Shown piece after piece: positions 51,154-62,627 of a DNA stretch of 64,000 nt. Every line of letters begins with the position of its first letter. The first letter of the stretch is position 1. The translations under genes were made by a program, and so were the position numbers. The stretch lies in NCBI GenBank assembly GCA_013360445.1, contig JABWBP010000026.1:6389-70388 (forward strand). The letters are read 5' to 3'. The DNA comes from Calditrichaceae bacterium (GTDB taxonomy: Bacteria > Calditrichota > Calditrichia > RBG-13-44-9 > J075). The notes under the pieces were generated by a model that was given only the letters and a program-made list of their open reading frames with translations, ran no database searches and was not told the origin of the DNA.

Positions 51154-53034
51154 TCACAGCTTCCGCAGCTTGCGGCGAATTTCCCGCAGGGTCTGCTGGG
51201 CAATCGCGTCGTTAGGGCTTAAATCCACTAACTGCTGGTAGTACTCCTCTGCCTGGCCGAAACGCCCCAGGCTCAAATAAATTTTTCCCACCGTTGCCAG
51301 GGCGTCTTTATCCTGGGGATCATTTTTCAGTTTCTCGATAGCTTGGTTGAGCACCGTCTGCACCACGTCGATGTAGCGGTACGGTTCGCCTAACTTCGGA
51401 TTCGCGGCAAAGTAATCCGGCTCGATCTTGACCACGATCTTGAATTCCTCCAGAGCCGGCTCGTATTTGCCCTGGCTGTCGTAAAGCTTGCCCAATCGCA
51501 TGTGCGCCTGGGACAAATCCGGTTTTTGGGAGATCGCCTTCTTGTAAAAGTATTCCGCGCTATCGGGCTGGGACAAATTTTCATAAGTTAAGGCCAGATT
51601 GTAGCTGGCCTCATAGAAGCGCTCATCGTACTGCAAAGCGGTGCGGTAGGCGCCGATCATGGTGCGGTAAATTTCCTGGGGGTCCTGGATACGGGACTTT
51701 TCGCGCAGGTCTTCTAACCCCTGTAGAGGGGTGCTCAACGGAACGGAGGTGGGGCCGTTGGAGCCCTGGGGAACATATTGCACTTCTAAAAGAGACCAGA
51801 AAGCGTCCACAATTTCCGCCAGCGCCCCACGGCGATAAATAGCGTTTCCTAAGTTGAAGTGCGCGGTGGCAAAGGTGGGTCTCAGCTTGATCACTTTGCG
51901 GAACTCGATGATCGCTTCTTCAAACAAATTCAGCGCGTAATAGGCTTCTCCTAAGGCGTTGTGCGCCTGGTAATAGTCCGGATCCAGGTCGGTCGCCTTG
52001 CTCAGCGAGGTGATGGCCGCCTTGAACCATCCCCGCTTCATCTCCGCCAGCCCTTTCTGATAGTGAGCGGGGGCGTAGTTAGGATTTAGCTCAATGGACT
52101 TTTCCAGGGATTGAATGCCCTTTTTCAAGGAATCGATGCGGGTATAGAGAATTCCCAGGTAGTAATGGCTGCGGTCATGTTCCGGGTTCAATTCCAGTGT
52201 TTTACGGAATTCCTCTAAAGATTTAGGGTATTCTTTATCCAGGTAATAGATAACTCCGCGGCCATAGTAGGCTTTGTAAAAAGTGCGATTTTTTTCGATA
52301 ACGCTGTTGAATTGCTGAAGCGCCTTCTCATAGGAGCGGTGCTCGTAATACAAATTGCCCAGGTTGTATTGCGCTTCCCAGAATTCCGGGTCTTCCTGCA
52401 ACGCCTGGTGGAAGTACCCCGCAATGACTTCCAGGGGAGAATCGTGCTCGATTTCCAAAAACGCTTTGCAATAAGATTCAAAGGCGGAGATAGAGTGGGT
52501 CGGTTTTTTGCGTAAAATAGCCTCTTCCGCCGGGGAGAGGGTGATTTGCATGATCTCGAATCCTTTTCGGACAGCTTTTTCTAAAAAGGCAAACACTTCC
52601 TCCGGGGCGCCGCTATAGGACTCTTCTAAGATGGAGGCGCCGGTATAAGTGCTGACCATCCGCACCCCCATCGCTAATTGAGCGTTCTCTACCCGGTAAT
52701 TTCCCAGGATCAGAACTTCGATCCCGGTTGCTTTTCCGATGGAGAACGCTTTACGGGGATCAATCCCGCCGGAGAGATCGATCTCGGACTGGCTTAAAAT
52801 AGTTTTCAGGGTCTGTTTTTCGTAAACCGTTAGAGAACTGATTTCGGCAAGTTTGGTGTAGAGGATCTGGTCGATACCGTACCCCATCCAATCATAACGG
52901 GAAGCGCCCTCATTGCGGAAGCGCAGGATCCCGATAGTTCGGTCGGACTGGCAAATCCCTGCGGAGGTTAGAAAAATCCCGGCCAATAGGGCAACAAAAG
53001 TTGCAAGACGGACATTTCTCATTACTTTTCCCAA
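51154..53034 (-). CDS. Secreted TPR-repeat protein with N-terminal CsgG/LpoB-like alpha/beta domain (tentative)
   Basis: 626 aa. Signal peptide. N-terminal IGILRFRNEGASRYDWMGYGI...GIEVLILGNY. At least 10 TPR units (e.g. AYYGRGVIYYLDKEYPKSLEEFRKTLELNPEH). Confidence 0.75.
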   Translation of the reverse strand: MGKVMRNVRLATFVALLAGIFLTSAGICQSDRTIGILRFRNEGASRYDWMGYGIDQILYTKLAEISSLTVYEKQTLKTILSQSEIDLSGGIDPRKAFSIGKATGIEVLILGNYRVENAQLAMGVRMVSTYTGASILEESYSGAPEEVFAFLEKAVRKGFEIMQITLSPAEEAILRKKPTHSISAFESYCKAFLEIEHDSPLEVIAGYFHQALQEDPEFWEAQYNLGNLYYEHRSYEKALQQFNSVIEKNRTFYKAYYGRGVIYYLDKEYPKSLEEFRKTLELNPEHDRSHYYLGILYTRIDSLKKGIQSLEKSIELNPNYAPAHYQKGLAEMKRGWFKAAITSLSKATDLDPDYYQAHNALGEAYYALNLFEEAIIEFRKVIKLRPTFATAHFNLGNAIYRRGALAEIVDAFWSLLEVQYVPQGSNGPTSVPLSTPLQGLEDLREKSRIQDPQEIYRTMIGAYRTALQYDERFYEASYNLALTYENLSQPDSAEYFYKKAISQKPDLSQAHMRLGKLYDSQGKYEPALEEFKIVVKIEPDYFAANPKLGEPYRYIDVVQTVLNQAIEKLKNDPQDKDALATVGKIYLSLGRFGQAEEYYQQLVDLSPNDAIAQQTLREIRRKLRKL

Positions 53035-53494
53035 AGTATTACTAAAACATCATCGGTTCTATCAAATTTCTTCGCCGCATCCATGCAATCTATTTTCGTC
53101 CTGAGAAAGACTTAACTTGATACACAAATTGAAAATAAAACATAAGCAGACCTGAAAGGTTTTCCAATATTTTTGTCATATAATTTTGGCAAATCCCCGA
53201 TTTCCTCCCGCCCCGTTCTCCCGGCGACTGCGAAAATGTAAGGGTTGCCGGGAAATGCAAAAACTTTACAGGTCACTATTTTGGATTTGAGTTTCTCAAA
53301 ATTCAGGCTTGAGGGCATGAAACAGGGCGTTTCACAGCGCCTGCCTGCAGCATAAAGCGGCTTTTGAACATGCAGAAAAATAATTTTCCATAGCATACCG
53401 CAGGGAAGGTCTTTATTTTTAAACCCTTTTTCAAAATTCGGGAATTATAAGCGAATTCTAACCGATAAACCTAACCAATCAAAAGGAGTGCGTA

Positions 53495-54748
53495 ATGATG
53501 TATCACGTCAAGGATTTGAACCTCGCTAAGGAAGGGAAAAGGCGCATCGAATGGGCCGACAACGATATGCCGGTTTTAACAGAAATCCGCAACCGCTTTG
53601 AAAAAGAAAAGCCCCTGGCGGGTAAAAAAATGGCCGCCTGCCTGCACATTACCGCGGAAACCGCCAACCTGGCCCGCACCCTGAAAGCGGGCGGCGCAGA
53701 CCTGGTACTGTGCGCTTCCAATCCCCTCAGCACCCAGGACGACGTGGCGGCCGCGCTGTGGGAACACTACGGCATCGGCATTTTTGCCATCAAAGGGGAA
53801 GATAATAAAACCTATTATGAACACATCCACGCCTGCCTGAAGCACGACCCGGTGATCACCATGGACGACGGCGCCGACCTGGTTTCGGTGCTGCATAAGG
53901 AATACCCGGAAAAGTGCAAGCAGATTTACGCTTCTATGGAAGAGACCACCACCGGGGTCATCCGCCTGCGCGCCATGCACAAAGACGGCGCTTTGAAATT
54001 GCCGGTGTTTGCGGTAAACGACGCCCAGACCAAGCACCTGTTCGACAACCGCTACGGCACCGGGCAATCCACGGTGGACGGGATCATCCGCGCGACGGAT
54101 ATTCTGTTAGCCGGGAAAACCGTGGTAGTGGCCGGTTACGGCTGGTGCGGCCGCGGGGTCGCCACCCGCATGAAGGGACAGGGCGCGAACGTAATCATCA
54201 CCGAGGTCAATCCCATCCGGGCGTTAGAAGCGGCCATGGATGGTTTTTGGGTGCTGCCCATGGAGAAAGCCGCGCCCATGGGGGACCTGTTCGTGACCCT
54301 TACCGGGAATATCAGCGTGCTGCGCAAGGAGCACTTCCAGGCCATGAAAGACGGCGCCATGGTGGCCAATTCCGGGCATTTTAACGTGGAAATCGATATT
54401 CCCACCCTGGAAAAACTGGCGGTGGAGATACGCCGGGGGGTGCGCCAGTTCGTGGACGAATATCGCCTGAAGGGCGGCAAACGCATCTTTTTGTTAGGCG
54501 AAGGCCGCCTCATCAACCTGGCCGCGGCGGAAGGCCACCCCGCCAGCGTGATGGATATGAGCTTTGCCACCCAGGCGCTGGTCACCGAATATGCCCTGAA
54601 ACGCAAATTGGAAGCGAACGTCTATGAAGTGCCCCGGGAGATCGAAGATTACATCTCGGTTCTGAAACTGAAAACCATGGGGATCGAAATCGACGCCCTT
54701 ACCGCAGAACAGGTTAAATATCTCGATTCCTGGGAAATGGGCACGTGA
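53495..54748 (+). CDS. ahcY: Adenosylhomocysteinase (short form)
   Basis: 417 aa. VKDLNLAKEGKRRIEWADNDMPVL, the NAD-binding VVVAGYGWCGRG, and SGHFNVEID. Confidence 0.9.
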   Translation: MMYHVKDLNLAKEGKRRIEWADNDMPVLTEIRNRFEKEKPLAGKKMAACLHITAETANLARTLKAGGADLVLCASNPLSTQDDVAAALWEHYGIGIFAIKGEDNKTYYEHIHACLKHDPVITMDDGADLVSVLHKEYPEKCKQIYASMEETTTGVIRLRAMHKDGALKLPVFAVNDAQTKHLFDNRYGTGQSTVDGIIRATDILLAGKTVVVAGYGWCGRGVATRMKGQGANVIITEVNPIRALEAAMDGFWVLPMEKAAPMGDLFVTLTGNISVLRKEHFQAMKDGAMVANSGHFNVEIDIPTLEKLAVEIRRGVRQFVDEYRLKGGKRIFLLGEGRLINLAAAEGHPASVMDMSFATQALVTEYALKRKLEANVYEVPREIEDYISVLKLKTMGIEIDALTAEQVKYLDSWEMGT

Positions 54749-54772
54749 GATGTATGGCGCGGAGCGCATAGA

Positions 54773-54832
54773 GCATAGCGCATGGAGCATAGCGTAGAAC
54801 GAATGTCCCACTCTAAGCTCCATGCGCTATGC
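54773..54832. terminator. 16-bp perfect hairpin inside a 'gcgcata' stutter, between convergent ahcY and the PQQ-repeat gene
   Basis: gcatagcgcatggagc (54773-54788) pairs with gctccatgcgctatgc (54817-54832) across a 28-nt loop. No U-run, so terminator function is inferred from position. Confidence 0.45.
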
Positions 54833-54844
54833 GCTTCGCGTCTC

Positions 54845-55948
54845 TTATTCCAGCGCATAGACATACCCGTCTTTGCTTCCGAAATAGATCACACCTTTAT
54901 GGATCGCGGGGGAGGAAAAAATGCGCCCGGCGGTAGAAAATCGCCATTTTTCGTCGCCGATGAGCGCGTCCAGGGCGTAGAGGTTGCCGTTGGCCGCCCC
55001 GAAGTACACCATCCCCCCGGCCACCGCCGGCGATGAGTTCACCTGCTCGTTGAGGATAAATCGCCATTTCTCCGCGCCGGTGAGGGCGTCCAGGGCGTAG
55101 AAGTTGCCGTCCTTGCTGCCAAAAAACACCATATTTTGATATACCGCCGGGGAAGATGCGACCTGGTCCCCGGTCTGGAACTTCCAGATCTCCCGGCCGG
55201 TTTTAGCGTCGAGAGCGTAGAAAAAACCGTCCAGGCTGCCGAAAAATACCAGGTTCTGATATACCGCCGGGGAAGAGCTGACCCAGTTGGCGGTCTTGAA
55301 ACGCCATTTTTCCGCCCCGTTGGATTGGTTTATCGCGTAAAGATGCCCGTCCCAACTGCCCACGTACACTATGTTATTCGAGATTGCCGGGGAAGAACTG
55401 ATCCCCTCCCCGGTTTTGAAACGCCATTTTTTCTCCCCGCTCTGGCTGTCCAGGGCGTAGAGGAAACCGTCCATGCTCCCGAAATAGAGCGCTCCCCCGG
55501 CAACGGCCGCGGAGGAAGAGATGCCTCCTTCGGTTTGGAAGCGCCAATTTTCACCCCCGGTTTGCAGGTCCAGGGCGTAGAAATTCCCGTCCTCGCTGCC
55601 AATATATACCGTGTTGCCGGCAACCGCCGCCGACGCGCTGATCTCTCCGGCGGTTTTAAACGCCCACTTCTTCTCCCCGCTCAGCAGGTCCAGGGCGTAA
55701 AAATTCCGGTCCAGGCTGCCCACGAACAGCGTTCTGCCGTCGGTTACCGGGGTAGCGCGCACCCATTCCCCGGTCTGGAAGCGCCATTTCAGCCTAACCG
55801 AATCCGCTGCCGCCCAGCCCTTGTATACGCCGGTGTTTTCCGAGTTGCCGCGAAAGACCGCCCCTCCTCGGGACCCGGCTCCGCATCCGGCCAACAGAAA
55901 AATGGCCGCACCCAGCATCATGAGGCGCATGAAGAAAATATCGCTCAT
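54845..55948 (-). CDS. PQQ-like beta-propeller lipoprotein (BamB-like fold)
   Basis: ATG 55948 after a ggagagg RBS. Lipobox AIFLLAGC. Eight repeats of ~40 aa (...V(Y/F)(F/I/V)GS.DG.(F/L)YALD..(T/S)G.(E/K)KW(R/A)F.T). Confidence 0.75.
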   Translation of the reverse strand: MSDIFFMRLMMLGAAIFLLAGCGAGSRGGAVFRGNSENTGVYKGWAAADSVRLKWRFQTGEWVRATPVTDGRTLFVGSLDRNFYALDLLSGEKKWAFKTAGEISASAAVAGNTVYIGSEDGNFYALDLQTGGENWRFQTEGGISSSAAVAGGALYFGSMDGFLYALDSQSGEKKWRFKTGEGISSSPAISNNIVYVGSWDGHLYAINQSNGAEKWRFKTANWVSSSPAVYQNLVFFGSLDGFFYALDAKTGREIWKFQTGDQVASSPAVYQNMVFFGSKDGNFYALDALTGAEKWRFILNEQVNSSPAVAGGMVYFGAANGNLYALDALIGDEKWRFSTAGRIFSSPAIHKGVIYFGSKDGYVYALE

Positions 55949-56090
55949 AGAATTTCCTCTCCACCATTTCAGAATAATGCTTTTTCCCCTGCTTTCCCTT
56001 TTCATGCTGAAAATCATCGGCAGAAATAAACAAAAAGTTGCCGGGGGAGGCAAAATTATTTTTTCAACCGTCCCCCGCAAACGGGAAGCG

Positions 56091-56151
56091 TGAAACGTAA
56101 TGCGTATTCCGTATTTCGTATTCCGTTACGCATCACGCATTACGAAATACG
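56091..56151. repeat. Dispersed repeat copy B (tgaaacgtaatgcgta ... acgcatcacg) with 11-bp perfect hairpin
   Basis: 16-mer at 56091-56106 and 10-mer at 56128-56137, identical to the copy at 39395-39455. cgtatttcgta (56110-56120) pairs with tacgaaatacg (56141-56151). Confidence 0.75.
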
Positions 56152-56245
56152 CAATCCCCCCTCCCAACAATTCTTCCAAAAACTTCCATTTCCCGGGAAA
56201 GTTTATTATCTTCCACTCGACTAACTCAACAGAGGAGCAACGATA

Positions 56246-58939
<2,694 letters not shown>

Positions 58940-59086
58940 CGGCTCAGAGGCTGTTTGAAAATTCAATTTCGCATTTCTTTAGCTTTAGACCGTTGTAAAG
59001 GATTTTTCAAACACGCTGTCAGCCCGGGGGGAGTTTTAATTCAAGGATGGCTTAGTACATTGATTGCATCAGCGAATTACCAGGAA

Positions 59087-59836
59087 ATGATCGAGCAGGT
59101 TGTTGCCCTCCTCAAAACGAGCCGCAGCATCCTGTTCATCACCGGGGCGGGGATTTCCGCGGAATCCGGCCTGCCTACCTACCGGGGCATCGGGGGGCTT
59201 TACGAGGGCAAGCTCACCCGGCATGATATTCCCATCGAAACCGCGCTCTCCGGCTCCATGATGCGGCAAAACCCGGAATTGTGCTGGTCTTACATTTCGG
59301 AGATCGAAAAGGCCTGCCGGGGCGCAACATTCAATCGCGCCCACCAGATTATCGCCGAATTCGAGCGCCGTTTCGAGCGCGTCTGGGTGCTCACCCAGAA
59401 CGTGGATGGATTTCATCGCGAGGCCGGTTCTAAGAATCTGGTGGATATTCACGGGGATATTCACACGATTTATTGCACCGCCTGCGCTTATACCATTCCC
59501 CATGCGGATTACCCAGGGCTGTCCATCCCCCCTCACTGCCCCGCCTGCCGCCAGATTATGCGCCCGGACGTGGTGCTGTTCGGCGAATACCTGAAACCGG
59601 AGAAGATCGCCCGGCTCCAGGAGGAAACGCGCAAAGGGTTCGACCTCATCTTCAGCATTGGCACTACCAGCGTATTTCCGTACATTTCCCGGCCGGTGAT
59701 CGAAGCCTCGCTGCAGAAAATTCCCACCGTGGAGATCAACCCCTCCCCTACCGAAATAACCCGCTACATCTCATACAAATTCACCCACGGTGCGGTGAAA
59801 GTGCTCTCGGATATTTGGGAGCGGATTGGAAAATAA
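59087..59836 (+). CDS. cobB: NAD-dependent protein deacylase (sirtuin, CobB-like)
   Basis: ATG 59087 (track start 58955). FITGAGISAESGLPTYRG, catalytic LVDIHGD, and Zn ribbon CTAC...CPAC. Confidence 0.8.
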   Translation: MIEQVVALLKTSRSILFITGAGISAESGLPTYRGIGGLYEGKLTRHDIPIETALSGSMMRQNPELCWSYISEIEKACRGATFNRAHQIIAEFERRFERVWVLTQNVDGFHREAGSKNLVDIHGDIHTIYCTACAYTIPHADYPGLSIPPHCPACRQIMRPDVVLFGEYLKPEKIARLQEETRKGFDLIFSIGTTSVFPYISRPVIEASLQKIPTVEINPSPTEITRYISYKFTHGAVKVLSDIWERIGK

Positions 59837-59857
59837 TTGAGCAGGCGGCAGGCAGTC

Positions 59858-60040
59858 AATGTCGTTTAGTTAAGGGTATCGAGACTAAAATTCACTATTC
59901 TGAGTTCACCATTCACAATTCACAGTTGCTCGTATTTCGCAAGTTATCACAGCGGCTCGATAATTGTGAATAGTGAATAGTGAATGCACAACTTTGGAGA
60001 TTCCTGCATTCGTCACGAAGTGACAAATGCAGGAGTCTCC
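59858..60040. repeat. Composite intergenic element: third copy of aatgtcgtttagttaag, 'attcac/gtgaat' stutter palindrome, and a 21-bp-stem hairpin
   Basis: aatgtcgtttagttaag (59858-59874) is the exact reverse complement of 41570-41586 and has 1 mismatch to 41456-41472. attcactattc...cattcacaattcac vs aattgtgaatagtgaatagtgaatg. ggagattcctgcattcgtcac-gaa-gtgacaaatgcaggagtctcc (59996-60040). Confidence 0.75.
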
Positions 60041-60090
60041 TTGCAAAAAAGTTGAATTTTAACCCGTCTGAAGTATAAAACTTCCCAATA

Positions 60091-60119
60091 AAAAAGGCGC
60101 TCTGCTTCGAGCGCCTTTT
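60091..60119. terminator. Bidirectional intrinsic terminator (cobB-like / speH convergent pair)
   Basis: aaaaa-ggcgctc-tgcttc-gagcgcc-tttt. A-run and T-run flank a 7-bp GC stem. Confidence 0.6.
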
Positions 60120-60147
60120 CAAATTCGGGAAATTTCGGAAGTGGGAG

Positions 60148-60549
60148 TTAACCGGCTTCCCCCACCATCATCGGCTTGTGTTGCAGCACCCGGTCATGAA
60201 GATTCAACTCCCCGCGGTTCAATTGAATAGTGGTCACTTTGCCGGCTTTTAGATATTCCTGCAATGCCCGGGTGGCTACCGCGGGATCCACCGTCTCTCC
60301 GCAGGTGAATACATCCACCGCGGCGTAGCCGTACTCCGGCCAGGTGTGAATCGCTAAGTGAGATTCGGCAATCACCACCACCCCGCTGACCCCATGGGGA
60401 TTGAAGGTGTGAAAAGTAGAACTCACAATGGTTGCGCCGCAGTCAATGGCGGCGCGTTTCATGTAAATTTCGATCAGTTGCGCATCGTTTAAAATTTCGG
60501 GTTGGCAATCGAAAAATTCCGCCAGGACGTGTCTTCCCAATGCTTTCAT
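60148..60549 (-). CDS. speH: S-adenosylmethionine decarboxylase proenzyme (class 1, SpeH-type)
   Basis: 133 aa. Self-processing site [14 protein letters not shown] and DVFTCG. Confidence 0.9.
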   Translation of the reverse strand: MKALGRHVLAEFFDCQPEILNDAQLIEIYMKRAAIDCGATIVSSTFHTFNPHGVSGVVVIAESHLAIHTWPEYGYAAVDVFTCGETVDPAVATRALQEYLKAGKVTTIQLNRGELNLHDRVLQHKPMMVGEAG

Positions 60550-60568
60550 ACCGGCTTTCCTCCTCGAC

Positions 60569-61102
60569 TTAATAATGAACCAGTAAAATTTCCGCGGATC
60601 TTCGCGTCAAATTTTTGATCACCATCCGGTTATCAAAAAACAGGTAAAAACACCCCCCGCGATTGAGGATGCGGGTTTCCTTTTCTACCGTCAGCTCCAC
60701 CCTGCCCTTCACCACAAACCCGAAGCCCTCGTCTTCTTCATAATTCCGCTGGTACACCGCCAGGGGCGCCAGGGTCAACAAGACCGGCTCCATCTCTAAA
60801 TATTTCAATTTCGGGATCAGGCTTTCGATCTTGTACTCTTTCTCGGAAATCTCCTCGGAGCGGTCTTTTTTGGTATAAATATTCCGCTCGATCTCCCCTA
60901 AGTCGCTGAAAAAAGTGGCCAGGTCGATTCCCAGCACGTCTAACACCTGCTTCAGGGTGGTTACGGAGGGCACGGTCTTATCCCGCTCCAACTGGGAGAT
61001 GAATCCCTTGGTTAGCTCCGCATTTTCCGCCAACCCTTCGATGGTCAACCCCCGCAGTTTTCGCAACCGCCTGATTTTCTGCCCGATCTGCATACCTGCC
61101 AC
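60569..61102 (-). CDS. XRE-family HTH + cupin transcriptional regulator (PuuR-like architecture)
   Basis: 177 aa. [37 protein letters not shown], then a C-terminal beta-barrel (cupin-like). Lies 19 nt upstream of speH on the same strand. Confidence 0.75.
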   Translation of the reverse strand: MAGMQIGQKIRRLRKLRGLTIEGLAENAELTKGFISQLERDKTVPSVTTLKQVLDVLGIDLATFFSDLGEIERNIYTKKDRSEEISEKEYKIESLIPKLKYLEMEPVLLTLAPLAVYQRNYEEDEGFGFVVKGRVELTVEKETRILNRGGCFYLFFDNRMVIKNLTRRSAEILLVHY

Positions 61103-61151
61103 GATTATCCCGTGTTTAATATTTTAAACAAATCCTTTAAAAAAGCGAGCG

Positions 61152-61180
61152 AATATAGCGGCGAGGGGATAAACTATCAA
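61152..61180 (-). promoter_or_regulatory. Likely promoter of the regulator-speH operon
   Basis: On the minus strand, TTGATA (61180-61175), 17 nt spacer, TATATT (61157-61152). About 50 nt upstream of the start codon. Confidence 0.45.
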
Positions 61181-61295
61181 GAAAAAATATTTTTTATTAA
61201 AATTTTTGTTTAATATAGTGAACAACGAAATCCCGCTTTTTCAGGTAAGGTATTCCACTCCAATACCATGAAAGAACCGGCAGGCGGGCTAAAAC

Positions 61296-61333
61296 AAAAA
61301 AGCAGGAACGCCTGCCGGCATTCCTGCTTTTTT
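61296..61333. terminator. Intrinsic terminator after yceI (works in both orientations)
   Basis: aaaaa-agcaggaa-cgcctgccggca-ttcctgct-ttttt. On the minus strand it is followed by tttttgtttt. Confidence 0.6.
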
Positions 61334-61361
61334 GCGAAAATAAGCGGTTCTGAAACGACAA

Positions 61362-61955
61362 TTACTTGGCGGCAATAAATTGAGCCTGAATTTCGATATC
61401 CACGTCGTTGCCGGCCACCAGCCCGCCGGTGTCCAGAACTTTGTTCCACTTTACCCCGAATTCCTGGCGATTGATGGTCAATTTTGCCTCGACGCCCACC
61501 CGGTTATTGCCCCAGGAATCTGTGACGGGGCCTTTAACGATGAAGGGCAGGGCTATCTGTTTGGTTACGCCGCGGATGGTTAAATCCCCATGGGCGATGT
61601 AACCCGTGTCGGTCTTTTCAACCTTCTTACTGACAAAAAGCACTTCGGGGTGATTCTCGGCGTCGAAGAAATCGCCGCTGCGCAGGTGATTGTCGCGCTT
61701 CGGCTCGTTGGTGTCGATACTGGGGACGTGGATGCGCGCGGTCACGGAAGAATTCGCGGCGTTTGCCAGATCCAGCGTCAGGTCGATTTCATATTCGTTG
61801 AATTTTCCGTACACGGTCGTAATCACCATGTGGTCAACCGCAAAGCCGACGTTGCTGTGGCTTTTGTCCACATTGTATTTTACAGGCTGGCTAAAGCCCG
61901 CGTTGAGCAATAGAACCGCTACGAGAAACAGAACGGGAACTAAGTACTTCTGCAT
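61362..61955 (-). CDS. YceI-family periplasmic polyisoprenoid-binding protein
   Basis: 197 aa. Signal peptide. YNVDKSHSNVGFAVDHMVITTVYGKF and GDLTIRGVTK blocks. Confidence 0.85.
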   Translation of the reverse strand: MQKYLVPVLFLVAVLLLNAGFSQPVKYNVDKSHSNVGFAVDHMVITTVYGKFNEYEIDLTLDLANAANSSVTARIHVPSIDTNEPKRDNHLRSGDFFDAENHPEVLFVSKKVEKTDTGYIAHGDLTIRGVTKQIALPFIVKGPVTDSWGNNRVGVEAKLTINRQEFGVKWNKVLDTGGLVAGNDVDIEIQAQFIAAK

Positions 61956-62149
61956 GATACGTCCTCCTATCAGGTTATGGAGATTATAGATCGAGACCTT
62001 TAGGCGATTACAGGCTCCTCAACCTTTTCGCCGGTCTCATTTGAAGAAGATATTTACCCTTTTTCTTCGTGAGTTCTGTAACCACCGTTACACCACTCCG
62101 GTTCCAAAGGGCGCAAAATATCATGCAGAAAAATATCGAATGCAAGCGC

Positions 62150-62539
62150 TTAATATTGATGGTTGCGGAAAATTTGCATCGCCAGATCCGGCTGGTCCAC
62201 CTCCAGGATCACGATCCCCTGTTTCTGGGTTTCTAACATGGAGCCGTACATATATTCGATGTTGATGCCGGCGTTGCCCAATTTTTGGGTCAGCTCCATC
62301 AACGCGCCGCGGCGATTGGGCATGGTTTCTCGCAGGGCTTCCCGCAGCTCGGCCTGGTAGCCGTTATCATGCAGCGTTTTCACCGCCCCCTCGGGATCGG
62401 AGACATACATCCGGGCAAAATCGATGAACATGGCGATAGCGAAAACCGCAATGTTCTTCTTTTTCAGCGCCCGCGCCATTTCCCCCGCCGCACCCGCTCG
62501 GTTCTCCAACACCACGTACACTTCGGCAATTTTTTCCAT
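62150..62539 (-). CDS. ACT-domain protein (tandem ACT-like halves)
   Basis: 129 aa. VYVVLENRAGAAGEMARAL and RRGALMELTQKLGNAGINIEY, each fitting the ACT beta-alpha-beta pattern. Confidence 0.6.
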   Translation of the reverse strand: MEKIAEVYVVLENRAGAAGEMARALKKKNIAVFAIAMFIDFARMYVSDPEGAVKTLHDNGYQAELREALRETMPNRRGALMELTQKLGNAGINIEYMYGSMLETQKQGIVILEVDQPDLAMQIFRNHQY

Positions 62540-62627
62540 CTGGTCTCCTGATATATGTAAACAATAATTTTAAAGAACCGGGTGCAAGGAAACAGTTTGG
62601 GGATCGGGTTCCCGGTTCTTGAAAAAC

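Noticed and set aside
53112-53396. 94-aa minus-strand ORF in the ahcY upstream spacer
   Set aside because: No RBS, AT-rich atypical codon usage, and no motif. Treated as non-coding.
53400-53494. SAH riboswitch upstream of ahcY
   Set aside because: The ~100 nt before the start codon are AT-rich. They lack the GC-rich pseudoknotted core expected for SAH, SAM or SAM-SAH classes. This cannot be fully excluded without an Infernal scan.
49083-56029. Antisense ORFs 49083-49808 (241 aa, opposite CHAT), 53576-54067 and 54136-54606 (opposite ahcY), and 55136-56029 (297 aa, opposite the PQQ propeller)
   Set aside because: Shadow frames. The sense proteins carry catalytic or repeat signatures.
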